64,000 nucleotides of DNA from Octopus vulgaris (Eukaryota). Each line of letters begins with the position of its first letter. Position 1 is the stretch's first letter. A program made the position numbers and the translations under genes. Under the pieces are notes generated by a model. That model was not told where the DNA came from, made no database searches, and worked only from the letters and a program-made list of their open reading frames with translations. This document shows, one piece after another, positions 51,501-62,562 of the stretch. The stretch is taken from positions 20,398,001 through 20,462,000 of the forward strand of contig OX597814.1 of NCBI GenBank assembly GCA_951406725.2, in the 5' to 3' direction.

Positions 51501-54500
51501 AAATACCTTTGACTTCTTTCTGTCCTCAATATCTTGTCATCACCATCTATGCACTAATTAGATTGTCCAGTCACTGTTTAATCTAGGCAACATCTTATGT
51601 CTTCAAATGCACACATTTCAACCCAAATACTTATGGCTTATCACAGCACTTGAATGGTTAGAGCTCTATCGTTTTATGCAAATTACACCTGTGGTATATG
51701 CATCCCTCCTACTACCAGTCTGAGACAACTTAACCATTATCCTAGGAACAGATTTTCAATCTATACATGTAATCCCAAAGACTCCAGGTTATTGACTCAC
51801 ATTTTCACTGTAGTAGTACAAGCATAAAACACTGCTTACGCCGGTAATAATTCACCACCATTGCAGTGTCTACTATCAAAAAAGCAAATAGTAACTTTCA
51901 AGTTATCATACAGCTTGGAAGCTCTTGGAAGCTCTCAAATCGTTCTTAAACTAGATTGCTCACATTCAGTAAAATACCTTTCAATTACTCTTTTTACATA
52001 CTGCACTCTCACCTCCCCATTCACTCAGTTATCAAGTATAAAATCTTCTCTGATCACTTCAACTCAGTACTGCCAGTGTTCTCTCAACCCTCAAACATTC
52101 CAGATTTAGCTATTATCCTTGCCAAATCTCTTAAGAATTTTTTTACCTCTACTACAGTAAACCTGAATCTTTGTAAATATGCTACAATGTGTCATCCCCC
52201 AAAAGCCATTCTCTCTGACTTTGCTAATTGCCAATTTTCTTCCAACATCTCAAAGATGAAAACAGTTGTCAACAATCACTTTCTTTGGTATTGTAAACTT
52301 CTCTCCACTCATCAGTTACTAATATGGTTTCTGCAGAGCCAGCTTTACCACAATCTTGCTCGCTTATGTCACTGCTTGTCTTTTGCCATTGAGAACTTTG
52401 GTAATAATATCTGGCATGAGAACCTCCTAGCTAAATTGTCTACTTCTGGTCAACTGTACTATTTCGGCTTTTGGATGTCTGTAACTCATGCTGTATCAAC
52501 TTTAATGTACCTCAAGATTTGGTTGTCTTCTTTCTGTACATTAATTACCTACATGCTGTCAATTCTAAAATGATTTCACTCTCCATGCTTCCTTATCTCT
52601 CTCCACATGAGTATCATATCAAACATGAACTGCCTCTATGAATAAAAACTTTGAGAGCAAAGAGATATGACAACTAAGTCTCTTCCACAAAGACACAATA
52701 TCTTCACATGCCATGTAAACATTTCTGTCATCATCATCATTATCATCACCATACATCTATTTTTCTGCGCTAGGATTGGTTGGATGAAAATAAACGAATG
52801 ATATAACAGTATGACTGTCCCATTTGAATTTTGTAGGTGTGCGTGGGATGGGGGTTAATAGTAGATCAGGACAGAAGTAAACTCTAGCTCTGGAGATGAA
52901 TCTCTGTTTTTGTGATCCAGTTTTGGGCAATGTTTTATATGTGTGATTACTGTAAGATATTGTCAAAAACTGCCAGATCAATGGGAGAGCCTCTATATAG
53001 TTGCTTGATCTGCTTGAAATGGCTGCTGAATCTCCCTCAAATACTGTTTTAAAGGACATGTTGAATAACATGGTCCTGAGTTCCCAGCATGTAGAAGACA
53101 AGAATGCCTTCTTTTAAACAGAGGTCTACTTGATTGGGATTAACTTGGGACTGAATGATAACATCAGAAATTGTGAGTTCTTTTTGTAGTTACTTTTTAA
53201 GGGATGGAAGCAGTGCTCGTGACCTTTGCAGGTCATTTGGGGACTGATGCTGTTGATATGTTCAGTTTCAATATGGTGTAGGTTGTTGTCTGTAGGAAAA
53301 ATATGAGCAGGAAAAAACAAAATTCTCTCTCTCATGATGTTATCAGTTTATCTTTTTATGTTGCTTTTTTTCTTGTTTCTGTAATATGTTACTAAGTTTT
53401 CACTTGGTAAAATGAGCGGTTTCCCTGAAAAAGTGTGTATTTATGTAAATGGCTTGTGGAAACTAGGACTGAAGTTCCATTACAGTTAAATAATTTTCTT
53501 TTTTGATAATATTTAGAATATTTACAAAATGTAAGCTGGTGGAATTAGTACAAGTAAATGCATATGAATTAGACAGATGTTATATATGCACCTATATAAT
53601 TTCATGATGTCTTTTTCTGAGAGTAATCCATACCTGTATCTATTACTTTCATCTTTTAGATTTTGGTACAAATAATACCAGAATTGACTGTTACATCTTT
53701 TGTGCAAAATTAGACCTGCACTGAGAAAGAAATCAGAAATTTAATTGATATTCCATTTTATTATATTTTTCTTTTTATTAATCTGAAATAGATTTAAATG
53801 TTATTAATCTATGTCTAATCTATATCCAGGTTCTGTATTGGAGCTCTTGTTGACCAGTGAAGCTTGCAAGAATGAACTTCCAACAATTAATGATTTATTG
53901 AATCATCCGTAAGTTAATTTTGATAGTACAGATTATCTAATTTTTACCATTATGCAATTGGTACTGGCAATATTTGATTGTGGATGTGTTCTTGTTGATT
54001 TGTGTAAATTGGAATTCCAAATTTCCCCATGTTAATATGAGCTGTATGTGCTCTGTACTTTTCTTTTCATTTTTCTATGTATTATCATTTCTTTCTAATC
54101 TTTGCATGTCCTCTGCATTCATGGCCCATGTTTAGCATTGCTGTTTGCATATAGGTATCATACAATCTGCCTTACACACTGAGAGAGAGGCATTTTACTA
54201 CCAGTAGAAGTATTATCTCTCTGTTAGTTTGCATTCTAGCAACTATGCTTTCTGAGCAACTTCCTTCACTAGTTAGTTAGGTCACCCACATAACAGAAAC
54301 TAACTGCCTCCAATGGTCTTTTTGGGCATTCAAGAAAATCTTATTTCTGATATGTTCTTGGTGTTTATAATTTTTGTCCTTCTGCCACAAAGTCTACTTA
54401 CTCTGTTATCTTCCTGTGATTCCCTTACAACACTTATATTTCCATAATTTACATTGTATACACCATATGGAATTATTTCTGCCTACTCTTTTACTTATTA

Positions 54501-57500
54501 AACAGGGTTATTTTTCTGAAGGGATTAACATGTCTGTTTTTCTGCTTACTAGACCTTTGGTTTTTGCTCAGTTAACTTTAAACCCTTTAATTTCAAGTTT
54601 TGCTTCCACACCTGGAATTTCTTTTCTAATTCTACTGCAGATTCAGCTATAAAGGGTAAAGACCCCCTTCGGTCATGAATGACCATGGGATTGCTCCTAG
54701 AAAGTTACCCTCCTAGACACAAGTCCGGGCAAGGTTGTTTATGGAAGACCAGCAGTCGCCCATGCATACCAGCCTCCCTCTCCCACGCCACCAGTGTTAT
54801 CCAAGGGAAAGACAAAGGTCGATGCAGCTTGGCACCAGTGACGTCGCAACTCATTTCTACAGCTGAGTGAACTGGAGCAACGTGAAATAAAGTGCTTTGC
54901 TCAAGAACACAACACGCAGCCCGGTCCGGGATTCGAGCTCACAACCTCACGATCGTAAGCTCGACGCTCTAACCACTGAGCCATGCGCCTTCACAGATTC
55001 AGCTATAAGATTATCAATATAAAGGAGATTCCATGTCTTAAGTTCCTTTATTATGGTCTGGAGGACTATGATAAATAGGAGTGGACTGAGAGTTGAACCT
55101 TAGTGAACTCCTACCTGCACACTACATTTGTTGCTGTACTCATTGCTAACTATCATGTTACTGACAACACTCTTTTACATGGCTTGAATGGTTCTCACTA
55201 GTCATTCATCTACTCCTAGCTTCTGAGCAACTACCATATAAGAGAGCAAGGGATCCTGTCAAAGGCTTTGTCCAGGCTGGTGAATGACAAGTAAAGTGGT
55301 TTTCTTTTGGCTAAATAGTTTTCCTGACTAGAAAGAGAGCAACATTAGTTGTACTTCTCCTTGGCACAAAACGAAAGTGCATCTCATTGGTCTCTTTTCC
55401 TAATTAGTTGGGCTACAGCTTTTTCTGTAAGTTTCATGACTTAATTTTGCAATTTGATAACCTCTGTAATTTATTCTCTCTAAGGCATCTTCTTTACTTT
55501 TGTAACAATTGACTATAATACTAATTTTATATTATATACCTTTATATTTTATTCCAGATTTTTCTCAAGTATTGTATTGCCACAGTCAGATAAACCTATT
55601 TTTAAAATACCAAGCAAATTGAAAGAGTCAATCAAATCTGCTAAAGAGTTACTGGAAAAACATTTAAAAGAAGAACAGAAACTGGTGTGTAATTTTTTAA
55701 CTTGTTTTTTGTTGTCTTGCATGTCTAGTTTATCTTCTAACTCACACTACACTATCTGGACAAGCAATAAATATTCTATAGTATTTTGTAGCTATCACAT
55801 ATCAACTTTCTTTTCCTGTTGTTTAATGAGATTAGTTCACTTTTTCCCCTTACTAGGATAGAAATAATTACTTATTGTTTAACACAAAGTTCAAATGTAA
55901 TTAAAGTTTAGTAATTTGTATTGTATTTATGAAAAGGATTTTCTTGCCATTCTCTATATAAGTTTTCAGTATAGAATGGAAAGCGAAACTAAATTCAAAC
56001 TCTCATTATGCACTGAAATTGAAAGGAGAAAAATTTCTTTTTGTAAAGTCAACACAAGTTACTAAATTTTGACTGGATTTGGATTATTACTCTGTACTTT
56101 GCATTAAATAATGATTAATTAATTCTATTTTGAAAGGAAAAGTATCTTATCTTTTACTCATTTCAGTCATTGGACTGTGGCCATATTATATATTTATGAT
56201 AAGAAGAAAGTTAAATGTCATTCTCAATCATGATTTCAAATTATGAAGGTATTCATTTCCATTTCTAATCACTGACGTTTCTATCACTGGTTGCTGGTCA
56301 GTCATGGGATCTGGCTGCAAGGTAAAATAATTCTGTTGTACAACAGATGTATCTTTACCAAGAAAAATCCCACCGATTTGAATTAACTTCTCCAGTGAAA
56401 AGCAAATAAATATTCTTTCTTTTTTTCTAATTTCAAATCCATACTAACATCAAACAAATTCAAGATTGTTAGATTTCTCTTCAGATGCCAACGCTTTCTA
56501 TTAATATTTAGTACCTATAATCACTACTGCATATCTATTGCATAGAAGCAGCCAATGAAATGCTTAGGAGCATCCATCAAGTATTGGTTGTGTGGGTCAG
56601 AGCATAACACTTGGGGTATGTTATATGTATTTTGCTTGAAGGCTGTGATGGTTTTCATAGTGGTGATGGTGGTGATGGGATTGCTATTATTTTGACTTAT
56701 TTTAATGTGTATTGTAGTGATATTTAAAATTAAAAACAATTTGAATGTGTTATTAGATGAATTGCAAGCAAAATATTTTAATCTTTTTCTCTCACTAAAA
56801 CTATTGAATAAATCAAATTGGAATATCATAGGTGTTGATATTTTTCTTGAAATGGCAAATGAATGACTGAAGTTTTAGAATCACCTTCATATGTTGTACA
56901 GAAAACACTAACATGTAGATCATTGCAAAAATCTCTTCCTATAACAAGTCTTCCTAAATTTCCTACAGATAAATCAGTTGAAGCGATTAACAAAAGCCAA
57001 AGAATTTCACATGTCTGAAGGGGAGAAGCTAAGAAGACGAAAGACAAAGAAGGTTTGTTTATTCTTTCTTTCTTTTCTCTTTTTTCTTTTAACTAAATGT
57101 CTCTTAAATCAGTCAATGTATACTTCAATTTTTGTGAAGCTCAGTGAAATTATTGCTCAAAAGGATGAAAGGCCAATAAAAGTTTAGATTATCTTAAAAA
57201 ACAAAATAATATTAAAACTTTTCCCTTCACTGTTTGGAAATGTAATATACATTTACTGCCTTGTGAAACTGAACAAGTTCTCATGTCTCTGTTACAGTGA
57301 TAAACTTCATGCTATGAATGGTTTACTATTGTGTGTCATCATCTGAAATAGTTGGAGTAGAATTGATCAAATATCAACTTTGTAGATATAGAAGACACTC
57401 AAATCAATCATCATCCTGTTGTTTGTTATAGGCCTCTCCTCATGGCCTTGAAGAATCCTCCTCTACTCCCCCTCCACCCCTCACCTCCAGGGTTTGATCC

Positions 57501-58643
57501 CACCTCTTGAGATGTTGGGCTGTCCCTGTGAAATTGACTCTGGGAATGTGTATCTAATGTAGGTATGCGTATATAATGAAAACATCCGAACGTGGCCGAT
57601 GCCAGCGCCACCTCAACTGGCTTCTGTGCCGGTGGCACGTTAAAAGCACCAACCGATCGTGGCCGATGCCAGACTCCCCTGGCACCTGTGCTGGTGGCAC
57701 GTAAAAAGCACCCACTACACTCGCGGAGTGGTTGGCGTTAGGAAGGGCATCCAGCTGTAGAAACACTGCCAGATCAGACTGGAGCCTGGTTCAGCCCCTG
57801 GCTTCCCAGACCCTGGTCGAACCGTCCAACCCGTGCTAGCACGGAAAACGAACATTAAACGATGATGATGATGTAGTGCATGTGGGCCTTACAGTAGTGG
57901 GTCAAGTGCTGAATGTGTATTAGAGTTAATGTGATATAGATATAAGCAAAGACAAGATGACTCATCTCTGAATTAGGCCAGTGCAATTTGAACACACTTG
58001 TATAGGGTGGAGTGGTCAATATTTAGTATTATTGCTTGTTGATTTTTGCTTTATTTATTTAATTAGGTCTTTGAGTAGGTTTTATTGTGGAATTGTTTTA
58101 CTCTTTTATTGTAGTGTTTGTTGTTGTGGAGGGTTGTAACAGTTGTACTAAGAGTATTCAAGTTACATTATGTGACTATGAGATGTTAGTGTCTCATGTT
58201 CTGCTTGTGGCAATTTCATATGAGAAAATTTGGTTTGGTTTTTTTCTACACACGAAGCAATTAGAGATCAAATAATTTCATGTTCAACTTCCCTCTCTCT
58301 GTCCATATCTGATCAACTTGAATCAGACATCTAGCATACAATTTGACAATGACATACTACAACAAATGTCTACAACAAAACAAACAAAAATATTTGAACT
58401 CATATGAACGAATACCCATGTGAAAGCATGCAAATTACTCAATACATTTATAACATTCACTAAGTTCAAATGTGCTTATCGGAAACAAATGCTAGTCACA
58501 ACATACAGAATCATTACATGACCCAAACTGGGATGTGTTCCCTGTTTTTGTTATTTACAGTAGAAAATGAAAAGAGAAAATCAGAATAACATTGAACTGA
58601 AGTCTCAACTGGAAATAAATAAACAAATATACTTATCTATCTA

Positions 58644-58702
<59 letters not shown>

Positions 58703-59170
58703 GAACAGGTGTGGTTATGTGGTAAGAAGTTTGCCTTCCAACCACATGGTTCTGAGTTCAATCCTATTGTATGACACCTTCAGCAAGTGTCTTCTGCTAT
58801 ACCTCCAGGCCAGTCAAAGCCTTTTGGAATGGATTTGCTTGAAAAAAGAAGCTTGTAATGTGTCTGTGTGAGACTGTCTCCTAGCCTTGACATCACATGA
58901 TAGTTGTCACAATCATGCAAGCAGTGTCCTCCAATCCCAGTCTTCCATGAAAGAATATCTGGTTATGATGAAATATTACCTTACTTTGAAATAGGTGAGG
59001 TTTGGTGAGCATGGAAAAGCGAAATTAAAAACAAGATGATGATGTTGATGATAATGATGATGATATATATATATAAACTCAAATTGATTTTCAGAAAGAA
59101 AAAGCTTTAGAAAACTCCAAAGACGATTCTTCAGTATCAAATTCAAGCACATCAGCTTCCCAAATTGTTG
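18677..59170 (+). CDS. PXK: PX domain-containing protein kinase-like protein (PXK/MONaKA/Slob family), 13 coding exons, 3' end unresolved
   Basis: Joined exons read MAVFETNHSSKVLDDTIPLTCVIESAQNVGSHI-EYIVRVQRG...KRYSDF...PPKKMFGNMEREFVAERQLGLQ...VSMIFRSEPKWEVVEPL..GWRLRK...YGRQILEVLKFLYDKGLPYGHLHAGN...LDLEN..LGLPS...EACKN..P...FKIP.KLKE...EEQK. This is colinear with vertebrate PXK as I recall it. All introns are GT-AG and the phases match. Confidence 0.95.
19400..20600. promoter_or_regulatory. CpG-enriched, mostly repeat-free segment in PXK intron 1 (putative promoter/regulatory region)
   Basis: CG dinucleotides are visibly more frequent than in the CpG-depleted flanks; judged by eye, not computed. 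Confidence 0.4.
20627..21028. mobile_element. Tc1/mariner-type MITE
   Basis: TIRs CACAYGTGCTCC...TTTGTTTCCTCATAA, TA at 20625-26 and 21029-30, plus an inner 44-bp inverted repeat (20717-20760 / 20920-20963, 39/44 complementary). Confidence 0.75.
22400..23030 (+). mobile_element. Penelope-like element remnant (linker and GIY-YIG C-terminus)
   Basis: Translations include KIFNKLILTASFSYAPSIK, CPLNYHCNTEIIVYE and KCKPYFNSSRRCRLCLIEKTIIL. Confidence 0.6.
25391..29413 (-). mobile_element. hAT (Buster/SPIN/Charlie-type) DNA transposon, decayed, interrupted by an RTE LINE
   Basis: 8-bp TSD CTCTAGGT at 25383-90 and 29414-21; TIRs CAGGCGTCGGCTGCC / CAGGTGTTGGCTACC. N-terminal BED-like finger (ORF 28371..28553) and dimerisation domain FGSTY..EQIFS (ORF 25611..25979). 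Confidence 0.92.
26546..27919 (+). mobile_element. 5'-truncated RTE-clade LINE (ORF2 C-terminus, 3' UTR, (GAT)n tail)
   Basis: FHYLG...AWAKFKEL...LHGSETW...MLRWM...RRLR*YGHV.RM...GRPRKTW; two in-frame stops; ORF ends at 27387. Confidence 0.93.
29620..30480 (-). mobile_element. Highly decayed RTE-like LINE fragments (endonuclease and C-terminal parts)
   Basis: Minus strand reads TDFILA...VVNDKSIPSEDC...KLVVSDF (AP endonuclease C-terminal motif). Confidence 0.45.
33623..33979. repeat. Tandem duplication of a 176-bp unit
   Basis: 33623-33798 and 33799-33974 differ at 2 positions; TTGAT is present at all three junctions. Confidence 0.95.
34007..34417 (+). mobile_element. SINE family A ending ~66 bp before PXK exon 2
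   Basis: Colinear with 12340-12786. Confidence 0.9.
34484..34672 (+). CDS. PXK: PXK exon 2, PX domain core (EYIVRVQRG...KRYSDF...PPKK...ERQLGLQ)
   Basis: Acceptor ttttcag|GAA, donor CAA|gtatgt; 189 nt, phase 0-0; PX motifs RYSDF, PPKK and ER...LQ. Confidence 0.95.
34745..34890 (-). mobile_element. RTE LINE 3' end
   Basis: Reverse complement of 27780-27918. Confidence 0.85.
36160..37775 (-). mobile_element. RTE-clade LINE copy including the RT core
   Basis: QFGFVPGRNTIDAIF...FVDKEKAFNRV...GVHQGSVFSPLLF (ORF 37204..37572), ELLYVDDL, GLRVNLAKTK; downstream part is homologous to 26546-27400. Confidence 0.92.
39270..39585 (-). mobile_element. tRNA-derived CORE-like SINE
   Basis: Head resembles 54653-54993; tail resembles 45459-45843. 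Confidence 0.75.
40148..40244 (+). CDS. PXK: PXK exon 3 (QYLNSILEYPLLASSLIVKRFLNAKSYSDNLR)
   Basis: ttttcag|CAA ... CGAG|gtaagc; 97 nt, phase 0-1; end of PX domain (YL..I...P.L......FL). Confidence 0.92.
41491..41568 (+). CDS. PXK: PXK exon 4 (ETALQHVSMIFRSEPKWEVVEPLHNLG)
   Basis: tttttag|AG ... CTTG|gtgagt; 78 nt, phase 1-1; conserved FRSEPKWEVVEPL. Confidence 0.95.
42430..42965 (+). mobile_element. Decayed RTE LINE ORF2 C-terminal fragment
   Basis: DSFCYLGD...IGWRKFRELLPLLVTKGLSL, homologous to 26800-27370. Confidence 0.85.
43677..43750 (+). CDS. PXK: PXK exon 5 (GWRLRKHYIVVKPYENPKERQLLSW)
   Basis: ttaaag|GT ... TGG|gtatgt; 74 nt, phase 1-0. Confidence 0.93.
44272..44346 (+). CDS. PXK: PXK exon 6 (NDYGPFKFLPAKELMAVIKLLPNLQ)
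   Basis: ttgtag|AAT ... CAG|gtaagt; 75 nt, phase 0-0. Confidence 0.92.
45459..45843 (-). mobile_element. tRNA-derived SINE with 9-bp TSD
   Basis: TSD ATAAGATAT at 45450-58 and 45844-52; minus-strand head GGCGCAATGGCCCAGTGGTTAGGGC...TTCGATTCC. Confidence 0.85.
46737..46983 (+). CDS. PXK: PXK exon 7 (HPFIAPMEFAVANE...GTLRDYICKCKPK...YGRQILEVLKFLYDKGLPYG)
   Basis: tttatag|CAT ... TATG|gtaagt; 247 nt, phase 0-1; overlaps ORF 46755..47006. Confidence 0.95.
47055..47620 (+). mobile_element. Cluster: RTE 3' end followed by two degenerate SINE family A copies
   Basis: 47055-47161 matches the RTE tail; 47163-47482 and 47497-47620 match family A. Confidence 0.8.
48489..48526. repeat. (CTAA)n tetranucleotide microsatellite
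   Basis: Direct reading. Confidence 0.9.
49174..50507. repeat. Perfect 105-bp inverted repeat (49174-49278 / 50403-50507) flanking PXK exon 8
   Basis: Base-by-base comparison gave 105/105 reverse-complement identity. Confidence 0.97.
49756..49880 (+). CDS. PXK: PXK exon 8 (GHLHAGNIVVNRDTCQLLDLENWILGLPSYYKNFFVQFKKLQ), pseudo-catalytic loop
   Basis: ttgtag|GT ... CAG|gtatta; 125 nt, phase 1-0. HLHAGN replaces HRDxxxxN and LDLEN replaces DFG, as expected for a pseudokinase. Confidence 0.95.
50902..51019 (+). CDS. PXK: PXK exon 9 (KMESIEVYSFGRLLYEMAFGEQLLKATCDTFPQHCPPDLR)
   Basis: ttgtag|AAA ... CTAC|gttagt; 118 nt, phase 0-1; kinase subdomain IX-like V.SFG.LLYEM..G. Confidence 0.92.
53830..53908 (+). 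CDS. PXK: PXK exon 10 (SVLELLLTSEACKNELPTINDLLNHP)
   Basis: atccag|GT ... CC|gtaagt; 79 nt, phase 1-2. Confidence 0.92.
54040..55522 (-). mobile_element. Decayed RTE LINE copy interrupted by a SINE
   Basis: Colinear with 36500-37700 (RT region); ends ~35 bp before the exon 11 acceptor. Confidence 0.75.
54653..54993 (-). mobile_element. Young tRNA(Arg-like)-derived CORE-type SINE with 15-bp TSD
   Basis: TSD CAGATTCAGCTATAA at 54638-52 and 54994-55008. Head GGCGCATGGCTCAGTGGTTAGAGCG...TTACGAT...CTCGAATCC, then CORE-like TTCTTGAGCAAAGCACTT; CpGs retained. Confidence 0.9.
55558..55684 (+). CDS. PXK: PXK exon 11 (FFSSIVLPQSDKPIFKIPSKLKESIKSAKELLEKHLKEEQKL)
   Basis: ttccag|A ... CTG|gtgtgt; 127 nt, phase 2-0. 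Confidence 0.92.
56969..57052 (+). CDS. PXK: PXK exon 12 (INQLKRLTKAKEFHMSEGEKLRRRKTKK)
   Basis: cctacag|ATA ... AAG|gtttgt; 84 nt, phase 0-0; basic segment like vertebrate IHQHRRLTRAQSHHGSEEERKKRK. Confidence 0.9.
57578..57872 (+). mobile_element. RTE LINE 3' UTR copy
   Basis: Matches 27570-27918. Confidence 0.88.
59095..59170 (+). CDS. PXK: PXK exon 13 (KEKALENSKDDSSVSNSSTSASQIV)
   Basis: ttttcag|AAA ... GTTG|gtgagt; 76 nt, phase 0-1; ALENS motif followed by a Ser-rich stretch. Confidence 0.8.
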
Positions 59171-62156
59171 GTGAGTACTGTAAACATCTTGTTTGTTTTC
59201 TTTTGTTTTTAACAGGAAATCATCTTTCATTGATAGAGTGTAACCATTTAAAGATATCAAATATTCTGTATTATTCTCTTAACTTTTCTTTGTATGTATA
59301 GTATAAGGTTTTCTTTGTTTGGAGATGTCTTTGTTTGCTACAGCTTGAGGTTCAACAAACTGCATTTTGCTAGATTCTAAGAGTTCCTTTTCTTTCCTTT
59401 GTGATGCCATGTGCATGGTTATCAAATAAAGTTTTAATGTTTCTAATTGTTGGTTAAATTTTGTTCATTCAAATCTAATCAAATATTCACAAAATTGTTT
59501 TTACTGACTGTAGTGACATGAATTTTATTCTTTATTCACAAGAATGGTTCACATTTGATGTAAAAAAAATATGCACTAATCCCACAAGATAAAATTTGTA
59601 TCCTTTTAAAGTGATGATATGTAATGACCTTAGGGACCATCTTAAAGCATCACTAAAAGTAGTTATACAGCTTTTTAAGTTTGGTATAAAGATTATTGTT
59701 AATTATGATTTGACTATTATTAAAGAAATCCAGGATCTGAAAAAAATGGTGATGGATTGTATGAACAACAAGTAACCCATAAGAGAGTTTGACAATATCA
59801 ATTGTTGTGAAGACTGAATTTTTTAGCTCTTGTCTTTTGTATGAGAATAAAGATAGAGAAAAAAACATTTTTCTCTTTGGTTACCATCTAGCGAGAAAAC
59901 CCCCAAAAGTTAAGTGTTAATCTATCAAATATAAGAGAAACACAGTTGATTAAGTAACATGATGACTATCAGTTGAATAATTAACTGTCCCTCGTGCTTC
60001 ATTGTGTTAAGCACTTAGCTCATGATTTATTAATCCTTTTAGTTGTATACAAGTATCATGAGGAGGTACAGTTTACTGCTGTAAACAGCAGGGCCAACAG
60101 TCTTTTATGCTTTAATCCAAGTGTCTCAAGAGGTGAAAATACTTTGCTGGTCTCAGTGACAGGTTGCAGTAAAAGAAGGAACATTATAAGCTTTATTGTC
60201 CTTCTCCTTTATTTCCAGTATACTTTATATTGTGCAGTCACTCAATTTCATCTTGTAGATCAGAGTAGACTGACTGAAAGATCTGGCTAAAGATTTTGAA
60301 AAAAATCTGCCGAAATTTCAGTAACAACACAATAACATTGCACAACCTCTTTAGCAAAATCAATGGATATCTCCTTGCTCCAGATTATCTGATTTTGTAA
60401 TCATGTATTAAAGTATAGATAATTCATTAATGGACTATCAAACTACTCACCTTTTGAAATTAGAGCCTCTCAAATCTGATAAGACTTAACTGTGTATGAT
60501 AAGGTCTGTGGCAAGTGTTATATACATCAAATCTGAACTACTGTTACGAAAGGATTTCTTGATAACAAAGTTTGACTTTTGTTGTAAAAATTATTCTAAT
60601 CCAATACCTTGAAGAGTGTATCTATTTAAAATTAAACTTATTTTGTTAACTGCTACCCAGAAATACTGATTTGAGACATTCTTGGAGCTAGAAAATTCTT
60701 CAGATGTATTTTCAAACTTCTCTCTGTGGAATGAGAAGCTAGTTTTGCAATCATCATAAATCTAACTATTACTTCTATTGACATTTTTACCAAGACCACC
60801 ATTGCCATTAGTATCATTGATGATGACAGGCTGGGAAGTCTAATATGGCTATTAAAGAATCCTCAACATTATATATTAAGCTTAAAAAGAAGCTAATATC
60901 TGAAATTGTATAGTACTACTGTGAGAAGGATGACATGGGTAATTGTAGTTATAAAATGATTAATTAAAGTTTATTATATGATGATGGTTAGCAGAATGGA
61001 AGGATACAAAGAATTAAAATTACTGGAATCACATGCTGTTCTTCCAGAGTTATTAGAGCAGCAAACAAAATGATTTATGGTATTTATTCTGGCATTCTAT
61101 GCTCTGAGCTCAAATTCCACTGGGGCTAACTTTGCCTTTCATCCTTTTCAGGGTTGATAAAGGACCAGTCAAGTATTAGAGTTAATCTTCTTTTTATCTC
61201 TCTCAGAATTGGTCACATGACTGGGTCAAGAATGGAATGTCCACACCATGACCCCCATCAATATTTTCACCACTTTTCTATACACATATCAAAACAAGGA
61301 AGAACAACCTTAATATTTTTCATTTAAAAATAGGAGTTACATCTCAATGATAATTTTAGTAAAGATGTCTAACCAAGGAGTTGATCAGTAGTTTTAAATA
61401 TTGCTTTAAAAATATCTACCTCCAAACATTGGAACAAATACTTAAATTCTTTTCTATATTGAAACATTGCATCTGTAGATGACAGCAGAATAATTTAATA
61501 CTTGACAGTGGCCTAAACTCAGAGCATTCCAGGTTTTAATGATACCAATGTGTTTGGAGTACATATTTCATAATGGTACTTGATTAACTGATTTCATTGT
61601 AGCCAACAGTATATCATACTTACCCTGGGTTAGTACTTAACCAAATATGTTTTTTTTTAAAATATAATATTGAAAGTTTATCTTGCTTTGCCACATCTTT
61701 ATGACTATATATAAAATATTGCATTCAAAATATTCAAAACCAATGTATGAGTATTACCATTACAATTATTTACATTGGTATATACGTTAATTTTTTAGGG
61801 AACTTTGCCCGACTCTTCTTGCATTGAAATGAATCATTGATTTCATACTGATATCACACTCTTCAGGGTAATGTTTTAAACTGTTAATGATATATATGTT
61901 TGTCATATGTAAGATAAATAACTTTACATATTCAGGTCTAAAGCCTTCATTAAATTGACATTTTAATTGACCGTTCTCAAGCCACTGATGAGTACAATAT
62001 CAGTACAATCAGCCAGAAAGCCAATTAAACAAAACCTTGATTCAGATAGTTTATCTTGTTTATCTTAAATATGACAAGCATATATCAAATTTTACAGACT
62101 TCTTGCAGTGTATTGAGTGGTTATTATGTCTTTATGCCACGTAATAGACAAAAGTT

Positions 62157-62416
62157 ATATACATGTATGTATGTATGTATGTATGTATGTATGTGTGTGT
62201 ATGTATATAAATATATATATACATGTATATATATAATGTGTGTGTATGTATATAAATATATATATACATGTATATATATAATGTGTGTGTGTATGTATAT
62301 AAATATATATATAATGTGTGTGTGTGTGTATATAAATATATATATACATGTATATATATAATGTGTGTGTGTGTATATAAATATATATATACATGTATAT
62401 ATATAATGTGTGTGTA

Positions 62417-62454
<38 letters not shown>

Positions 62455-62486
62455 CATATATATATATGCACGTGCACACACACACA
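62157..62486. repeat. TA/TG-rich minisatellite (~38-42 bp unit tatataaatatatatatacatgtatatatataatgtgtgtg)
   Basis: Direct reading. Confidence 0.9.
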
Positions 62487-62554
62487 TCTGTTCATATTTT
62501 GAATATATATTTTGTTTGCTGATATTTGCTAAACGGTTGTTTCATTTTTAACAG

Positions 62555-62562
62555 GACCTTAA
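62555..62562 (+). CDS. Candidate terminal coding exon of PXK (G-P-stop)
   Basis: Good acceptor ttcatttttaacag|GA CCT TAA, phase-compatible with exon 13. No homology support. Confidence 0.25.

Noticed and set aside
51956-52573. 205-aa ORF in PXK intron 9
   Set aside because: No recognisable motifs; it follows decayed LINE-endonuclease-like sequence (~51680-51770) and is probably an off-frame repeat remnant.
54920-54993. tRNA-Arg-like sequence as a real tRNA gene (also SINE heads at 12340, 17732, 45843)
   Set aside because: No proper acceptor stem; it runs into a SINE body and is bounded by a TSD.
61799-61827. Alternative PXK terminal exon (GNFARLFLH*)
   Set aside because: Shorter polypyrimidine tract, no homology to PXK, and it sits in probable repeat-derived sequence.
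62056-62522. Several Ile/Tyr/His/Thr-rich ORFs
   Set aside because: Translations of the TA/TG minisatellite.
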